This document shows, one piece after another, positions 26,049 to 30,978 of a DNA stretch of 30,978 bases (within the stretch, counting starts at the first letter, position 1; each line of letters begins with the position of its first letter). The notes beneath the pieces were generated by a model that was given only the letters and a program-made list of their open reading frames with translations, was not told the DNA's origin and did not search any database. The translations under genes and the position numbers were made by a program. The DNA is from a virus. Taxonomy: Duplodnaviria; Caudoviricetes. Location: positions 1 through 30,978 of IMG/VR virus record IMGVR_UViG_3300048856_000116. The stretch is one strand, 5' to 3'.

Positions 26049-26084
26049 AAATAAGAAAGGCGGGAGCCCTCTCGGACTTCCGCC
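26049..26084 (-). terminator. Terminator (possibly bidirectional) just after the putative late promoter
   Basis: - strand GGCGG-A-AGTCC-GAGA-GGGCT-C-CCGCC-TTTCTTATTT; also folds on + strand downstream of the GGDEF gene. Confidence 0.7.
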
Positions 26085-26094
26085 TATTAAACCC

Positions 26095-26123
26095 TTTGTC
26101 GGTTAAGTGATCCCCAATGTCAA
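26095..26123 (-). promoter_or_regulatory. Putative late promoter
   Basis: Perfect TTGACA (26123-26118) containing the regulator's TGA stop; weak -10 (GACAAA at 17-bp spacing). Confidence 0.5.
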
Positions 26124-26689
26124 GCCGCCTTTCGTGCCCTGTGGCCCTTGCTCGCAAGATTCCACACCTCCGCGAGATCATCGAGGCCGGATCGCAACGC
26201 GGCCTTCGCCGTTGGCTGTCGCACTCCTGCCATCCTGGCGACCTCGCGCAGTGAGCGTCCCTCCCCGCAGACGGAGCGAACTACCCAGTAGGTCGAACGT
26301 CCAAGGTGTTCGGCGGCGGATCGCAACTGACGTCCAGCATCCATTCTGGCTTCGCTCATCGCGTCCGGTCGACCGCCACCATCGACACGCTCCTTGATAT
26401 CCCCAGGCGACGGAGAGCCCGCCATGACGCGTTCGAAGAGGATGCGAAATCGCAAGCCGGCCGCGCCCTGTAGCTCCGTCACGGTTCCCCTCGCCTCCAT
26501 CAGCGTCATCGGGCTCTCGTTCGCGTTGCGAGCGACCGTGATCCTCTGCGGTACTGCCTGCGTCGGCTCGTAGGCGCCGGTGAAATACGGATTGTCCACC
26601 TCCGCCATGACAATGGTATGCCGCCGCCGCTGCGCCTTCGGCAGAAGCCTCTGCGCATTGCGAGTGCTGAGGGATTTCCGACCAGTCAT
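26120..26689 (-). CDS. DUF6456-like late transcription regulator (Q-position)
   Basis: ESP...M.ARG...Q..AG.RF..LFE, RVDGG, VCGEG.SL.E, LRSGLDDLA..W; GGAGG RBS; an in-frame ATG at 26911 is an alternative start. Confidence 0.8.
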   Translation of the reverse strand: MTGRKSLSTRNAQRLLPKAQRRRHTIVMAEVDNPYFTGAYEPTQAVPQRITVARNANESPMTLMEARGTVTELQGAAGLRFRILFERVMAGSPSPGDIKERVDGGGRPDAMSEARMDAGRQLRSAAEHLGRSTYWVVRSVCGEGRSLREVARMAGVRQPTAKAALRSGLDDLAEVWNLASKGHRARKAA

Positions 26690-26907
26690 GCAGCCTCCAA
26701 TTTTCTCATGAGAACGTGGTTCCAGTCCTGTTCGAGGACGCAACTGCCCGCCAACGACCCTGACGGGCGAGTCCGGCTCCTCCGAACGTTTGTCTCGGAC
26801 CACCGGCACAGGCGCGACCCGCTGACTGATGGCTGCGGCGGCCCAGATGATGCGATGTCGCGACGTGCCGGTTACGCCGGCGGAGCGGCCGGGCGTCAGT
26901 TCTGACG

Positions 26908-27363
26908 TCATAGGCGGAAGGTTCCGATCTCGCTGATTATGCTCTGCTTGCGACTGACGGGTCGCTCCTTCGGCGCCGGCTTCTCGCTTGCGAAGCCGAC
27001 GCGATACTGCCGGACGAAGGCGCCACTGGAGCGAAGCTTCTCCAACTCCTCCTCCAGTTGGTACTGGGCATAGCCCGATGCGTAGGCTTGGACCCGCCCG
27101 TTCTCCACGCGGTTGACCCGCCATGATGCCAAGGTGTCGCGGGTCTCGGGGATCTCGTACCACTCGAAATGAATGACCACCGGGACGGGGCGGACCTTCC
27201 TGCCGGGCTTGGCATTGAGCACCCGCTCGACGTTGTCGCGCCCGGCGAACCTGTCGGCCATCCGCCGCTCTTCGTCAGTAAGGCCCGGCGCTTTGGGCTT
27301 GATGTCGGGCCGGAGCTTCGCCTTCATGCGCTCGAATAGTTCGTTGTCGCTGATCTCGGTCAT
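26908..27363 (-). CDS. Hypothetical protein downstream of the replication initiator
   Basis: Start MTEISDNE with ATGA overlap and GGAGG RBS. Confidence 0.75.
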   Translation of the reverse strand: MTEISDNELFERMKAKLRPDIKPKAPGLTDEERRMADRFAGRDNVERVLNAKPGRKVRPVPVVIHFEWYEIPETRDTLASWRVNRVENGRVQAYASGYAQYQLEEELEKLRSSGAFVRQYRVGFASEKPAPKERPVSRKQSIISEIGTFRL

Positions 27364-28202
27364 GCTGCCTCCTGAAAATGGATCAAGGTGCCAGCCCGAA
27401 AGCGAAACCAGTCGGCCATCGTGCTGTCGCGGATGTGAGGGACTTCGGACCAGAAGAACGGCATATCGCCGCGCTCGCGGGTAGCCTGATCGAACGCCTT
27501 GCCCGTGATGCGATCGATCTCGCCTGCACCGACATCGCCGTCGCTGGTGAACTCGACGACGAGCCGATCGAAGACCGCAAGGAACTCGCCGTCCGTCCCC
27601 CATGACTTCGGATACGGGTACGGATTTTTCGGAGCGGGTCGATTGGTCGGGCGAGCAGGTGAACGGCCAGCCGAAGGAACAGCCCTCGCGTAGACGCTAA
27701 CCTTTCTTTCGTCCCGGCCAGTTTCTTGGTCAGGGGTAATATGGTCAGGTATATTCGGACATACGTCTGTCCGTTCACATCGCCATTTTTGTCCGTTCAC
27801 CTCGGGCTGTCCGTTCACTTCCTGTCCGTTCACCTCGGCCGATTTCTGTCCGTTCACCTCGGCTTTCGGCATCGTGAGGAAGATGCGTCGCTGTCGGCCG
27901 ATGGCCTCACCTCTCTCGTCTCGCTTCACCCTCGTCACGCGTTCAATAAGACCGGCCTCGTCCAGCGCATTCATGCCCCGGCCGATCGTTCTCGGCGTCA
28001 TTTTCATCGTCCCGGCCAAGTCGTCGTCGGTCGGGAAGGCATAGCCGAACTCGCGACTGACGAACGTCGGCAACACGGTCGCGACGCGGAGGCCGGCACG
28101 GGAAAGGGCGCAGCTAGATGCTGCGCCCCTCCATTCGTCCCGGAGGGCGTTGAAGCGCGCCGCGTCGACTGACACGAAGTCGATGCGGATGCCGCCGCTC
28201 AA
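27360..28202 (-). CDS. Replication initiator (winged HTH, lambda O-like organisation)
   Basis: TTG start overlapping upstream TGA; GYAFPT...LA......RTI.R....L...GLI HTH; internal iterons. Confidence 0.8.
   Translation of the reverse strand: MSGGIRIDFVSVDAARFNALRDEWRGAASSCALSRAGLRVATVLPTFVSREFGYAFPTDDDLAGTMKMTPRTIGRGMNALDEAGLIERVTRVKRDERGEAIGRQRRIFLTMPKAEVNGQKSAEVNGQEVNGQPEVNGQKWRCERTDVCPNIPDHITPDQETGRDERKVSVYARAVPSAGRSPARPTNRPAPKNPYPYPKSWGTDGEFLAVFDRLVVEFTSDGDVGAGEIDRITGKAFDQATRERGDMPFFWSEVPHIRDSTMADWFRFRAGTLIHFQEAA
27768..27857. repeat. Five iterons TGTCCGTTCAC; putative replication origin
   Basis: Exact copies at 27768, 27790, 27808, 27823, 27847. Confidence 0.85.
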
Positions 28203-28408
28203 TGCGCCCTCCCCCTGATCAGTGCCGCCTCGCGACAGGCCGCGCACGCCTCGCCAATCGTAAGGCCGAACCTTTCGCGAAGCGCCGGGATGATCGGATG
28301 CGGCAGGGCGTCGGCAGGCGTGACGGCCAGCCATGCCGCCGCCTCGCCGACCGCCGCGCTGGACTCGTGGCAGTGGCCGGTGCTGCCGCCGACAGGAACG
28401 GCGCTCAT
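28199..28408 (-). CDS. Small hypothetical early protein
   Basis: Coupled at both ends; IIPALRERFGLT..EAC. Confidence 0.75.
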   Translation of the reverse strand: MSAVPVGGSTGHCHESSAAVGEAAAWLAVTPADALPHPIIPALRERFGLTIGEACAACREAALIRGRAH

Positions 28409-28524
28409 AGACTTTCACCGAACAGCTCAGGCAGCACCCAGGCTGCGCAAGCGGTGAAGCGGCGTCCGCACCAGAGTAGGAGCCGGGATAGGACGACGCG
28501 GGGCAAAACCGGTAGACGCATCAT
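28405..28524 (-). CDS. 39-aa hypothetical peptide (below ORF-track cut-off)
   Basis: MMRLPVLPRVVLSRLLLWCGRRFTACAAWVLPELFGESL; GGAGG RBS; ATGA overlaps at both ends. Confidence 0.65.
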   Translation of the reverse strand: MMRLPVLPRVVLSRLLLWCGRRFTACAAWVLPELFGESL

Positions 28525-28739
28525 GCCACGGTCCTCCCACCCATGAGCTTGATGAGGTGCTCTGCCGCGTCGCACAAATCGTCATCGGTGACGGTGAGCG
28601 GTTCCAGCTGCTCGCGCACATGGCTGGCGATGCCGTTACGGTCCGTCGCGCCTTCCTCGGTTATGGAGCGAAGCATCAGCTTGGCGATGACCCAAGGATT
28701 GATGCCGGCAACCTCATCTTCGATTTTGATGAGGCTCAT
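28521..28739 (-). CDS. Small hypothetical early protein
   Basis: 72 aa, ATGA-coupled. Confidence 0.75.
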   Translation of the reverse strand: MSLIKIEDEVAGINPWVIAKLMLRSITEEGATDRNGIASHVREQLEPLTVTDDDLCDAAEHLIKLMGGRTVA

Positions 28740-29104
28740 CGGGCAGCCTCGCTGATGTCAGCCAACCGATCGACGAGGTCGCTGGACCGGCTCCATGCGA
28801 GATCCACCAGGGTGTGCAGCATCTTCGCGTTGTCTTCGCAGATGGTCGCCGCACCGTCTTTGACCTCGCCGATGATCAGATCGCGGAAAAGTAGGGTCGC
28901 GGCCTGCATCAGGTGCAGCGAGATCTCGGCGTCGCCGACCGCGTTCAGGACCGCATATGAGATCTCCTTCGCCGTTGCGGCGCGACCGCGTTCGGTGATA
29001 TTCGTATGGACGTTCACTGGGATCTCCCCCGAGGTTTTTGTTGAACCGTGGTCCGGGGAGGTTGCAGCCTCCGCCGGGCCGTTTGCATTCTGGACCGCCG
29101 CCAT
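28736..29104 (-). CDS. Hypothetical early protein
   Basis: Start MAAVQNANGPAEAATSPDHGS overlapping the upstream stop. Confidence 0.7.
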   Translation of the reverse strand: MAAVQNANGPAEAATSPDHGSTKTSGEIPVNVHTNITERGRAATAKEISYAVLNAVGDAEISLHLMQAATLLFRDLIIGEVKDGAATICEDNAKMLHTLVDLAWSRSSDLVDRLADISEAAR

Positions 29105-29295
29105 CAGGCCGCGTCCTCTGTGAAGTGCGCGACGAGCTTGCTGCGCTCGATCACCCACCGACTGCCGATCTTGCGAGCCGGCAATTCTCCATTTGAGACC
29201 ATGTGGAAAGTCTGGCGATCGGTGCGCCCGATTGCCTTGGCAATCGCGTTCACGCCCCAGATCAAATCAAGTTCACGGTCGGTCTTCTCGGCCAT
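29104..29295 (-). CDS. Excisionase-like / HTH DNA-binding protein
   Basis: LIWGVNAIAKAIGRT.RQTFHM...GELPARKIGSRWV; GAGGA RBS; divergent from repressor-integrase. Confidence 0.8.
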   Translation of the reverse strand: MAEKTDRELDLIWGVNAIAKAIGRTDRQTFHMVSNGELPARKIGSRWVIERSKLVAHFTEDAA

Positions 29296-29313
29296 CGGTT
29301 CCTCATCCGTTCG

Positions 29314-29406
29314 TGGGTGCGACTTGCACCCAGAACGAAGCGTTAACCAAAAACGACCGTGGGTGCAAGTCGCACTCTTGATTTTTATGGTGGCAAGTTG
29401 CACCCA
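29314..29406. promoter_or_regulatory. Three 19-bp operator palindromes
   Basis: TGGGTGCGACTTGCACCCA (29314-29332), TGGGTGCAAGTCGCACTCT (29360-29378), TGGTGGCAAGTTGCACCCA (29388-29406). Confidence 0.85.
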
Positions 29407-29413
29407 TGCGCTT

Positions 29414-29788
29414 ATGGATGATGACCGCGACAAATTTCCCAGCGAAGCTGCTGACCGCTTTCAGGTGCGGATGCCCCCTGGGCTGCGGGGTCGGATCAAA
29501 GAAGTCGCTGAGTCGAACAATCGCTCTATGAACGCCGAGATCGTAGCTACTTTAGAAGAAAAGTATCCGCCGGATAGCATCGACATCGAAACGCTGTCGA
29601 AGTTCCTCTTTTCGTTCTCTGTACTGGAGGGGCAGGAGCGTCGAGAGTGGATTGATCAAATCAATGATGCTCTTGCTGCGTCGGCTGTGCCCTATACGAT
29701 CAGAGCCGGCAGTGATGGTGTAGTGAAAGCGTTCCCTTATGCTTCGCCCAATGGGACGCTTTTCAAAACGGAAGACGACGAGGAGTGA
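29414..29788 (+). CDS. Arc-family ribbon-helix-helix repressor with C-terminal extension
   Basis: DRFQVRMPPGLRGRIKEVAESNNRSMNAEIVATLE. Confidence 0.9.
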   Translation: MDDDRDKFPSEAADRFQVRMPPGLRGRIKEVAESNNRSMNAEIVATLEEKYPPDSIDIETLSKFLFSFSVLEGQERREWIDQINDALAASAVPYTIRAGSDGVVKAFPYASPNGTLFKTEDDEE

Positions 29789-30978
29789 GTGTCCGCAAGC
29801 GCGCCTGGACCACAGCCAAGGGCGAGATAAAAATCGCGTGGGTTGTGGATTATGGTGACAACGCCGGTAAGCGCCGGCTGAAGACCTTCACCAAGAAGAA
29901 GGAGGCCGACGCGTTTTCGGCGGGCGTGAGGGTTGAGGTCCGCGACGGAGTGCATGTCGCGGACAGCGCTACCGTCACCACAGCCGAGGCCGCAGCCCTA
30001 TGGCTGAAGAGTTGTGCGGCCGCCGGCCTGGAGCGGTCCACGACAGACCAGTATCGCCAGCATGTCGAGATCCACATTGTACCAACGATCGGTGAGGCTA
30101 AGCTGAACAAGCTGACGGTGCCGGCCGTGCGCGCCTTTCAGGAGACGCTGCGGGAGACCGGCCGCTCGGCGGCAATGATCAAGCGCGTAACAGTCTCCCT
30201 CGGGGCGATCCTGTCTGACGCTCAGGAGCGCGGCCTTGTTATCCGCAACGCTGTCGCAGAGATGACGAAGCGCCGCGGCGCCAGGTCGTCAGAGAAGCGT
30301 CAGCAGGTGCGTCTGCGGTACGGGGTCGATATTCCGACCAGGGAAGAAGTCCGCGCCATCCTGGAGGCCGCCGAGGGGCGATACCGCCCTCTCCTCGTCA
30401 CGGCGATCTTCACCGGGATGCGGGCGAGCGAACTGCGCGGTCTGTCGTGGCGCGACGTCGACTTCGATAAGGTGGTTATCCATGTCCGCCAGCGGGCCGA
30501 CAGGTTCAACGCGATCGGCTCGCCGAAGAGTGAGGCCGGGCACCGCACCATCCCGTTGACGCCGATCGTCGTCAACACGCTTCGGGAATGGAGGCTCGCC
30601 GGTCCGAAGGGCGATCTGCATCTCGTCTTTCCCAATCTCGCCGGCAATGTCGACTCGCTCGGGAATATCATCAACCGCGGCCTACATCCGACGCTGATCA
30701 AGGCTGGGGTGACGGTTGAGAAGAAGGGTAAGGACGGCCCAATCATCAAGGCGAAGTACACTGGCCTCCACGCCCTGCGGCACTGGTACGCAAGCTGGTG
30801 CATCAATTCCAAGGCGGACGGCGGGCTTGAGCTGTCGCCGAAGGCCGTCCAGATGCGCATGGGGCATAGCTCGATCCAGATGACGTTCGACACCTACGGC
30901 CACCTCTTCCCGGCAGTTGACGAAAGCCAGGCTATGGCCGACGCAGAGAGCCGGCTTTTCGCGGTTACTGCGACATAG
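29785..30978 (+). CDS. int: Tyrosine integrase
   Basis: TGMRASEL, PKS, HALRH, MGHSSIQMTFDTY catalytic R-K-H-R-H-Y set; N-terminal arm-binding domain. Confidence 0.96.
   Translation: MSVRKRAWTTAKGEIKIAWVVDYGDNAGKRRLKTFTKKKEADAFSAGVRVEVRDGVHVADSATVTTAEAAALWLKSCAAAGLERSTTDQYRQHVEIHIVPTIGEAKLNKLTVPAVRAFQETLRETGRSAAMIKRVTVSLGAILSDAQERGLVIRNAVAEMTKRRGARSSEKRQQVRLRYGVDIPTREEVRAILEAAEGRYRPLLVTAIFTGMRASELRGLSWRDVDFDKVVIHVRQRADRFNAIGSPKSEAGHRTIPLTPIVVNTLREWRLAGPKGDLHLVFPNLAGNVDSLGNIINRGLHPTLIKAGVTVEKKGKDGPIIKAKYTGLHALRHWYASWCINSKADGGLELSPKAVQMRMGHSSIQMTFDTYGHLFPAVDESQAMADAESRLFAVTAT

Larger units (their letters stand above)
1..30978. mobile_element. Temperate HK97-like siphovirus prophage (integrase to lysis/left accessory end); att sites not visible
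   Basis: Complete ordered set of integration, regulation, replication, packaging, head, tail and lysis genes, mostly translationally coupled by ATGA/TGATG overlaps. Confidence 0.96.

Noticed and set aside
26085-26108. CtrA box near the late promoter
   Set aside because: The two TTAA half-sites are not at the canonical 7-bp spacing
27768-27857. Short direct repeats as a CRISPR array
   Set aside because: 11-bp repeats with 4-13 bp gaps inside a CDS; no cas genes; fits iterons
30940-30978. attL/attR core repeat
   Set aside because: Window ends at the integrase stop and no matching repeat was found at the left end

Overview
Apparently near-complete ~31 kb temperate siphophage (prophage) of a high-GC bacterium, most likely an alphaproteobacterium (inferred from DUF6456-, DUF3168- and GTA-like tail genes). 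From right to left: tyrosine integrase coupled to an Arc/RHH repressor (+), three 19-bp operators, and a short divergent early operon (Xis-like HTH, small ORFs, HTH replication initiator with five internal iterons, DUF6456-like late regulator). A TTGACA promoter/terminator pair follows, then a + strand accessory block (GGDEF diguanylate cyclase, Zn-ribbon protein, lipoprotein). The - strand late operon runs: HExxH protein, HNH, terminases, HK97-type portal/ClpP-like protease/capsid, connectors, tail tube, chaperone, tape measure, tail tip, fibre, DUF3380 endolysin and three membrane proteins. Highlights: a prophage-borne diguanylate cyclase with no I-site; an in-frame TAG interrupting a tail-tip gene; a candidate structured antisense RNA just upstream of the endolysin; an Arc-based switch with no cI; and duplicated hairpins flanking a cassette at the left end. 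All family assignments are by motif recognition, not database search.
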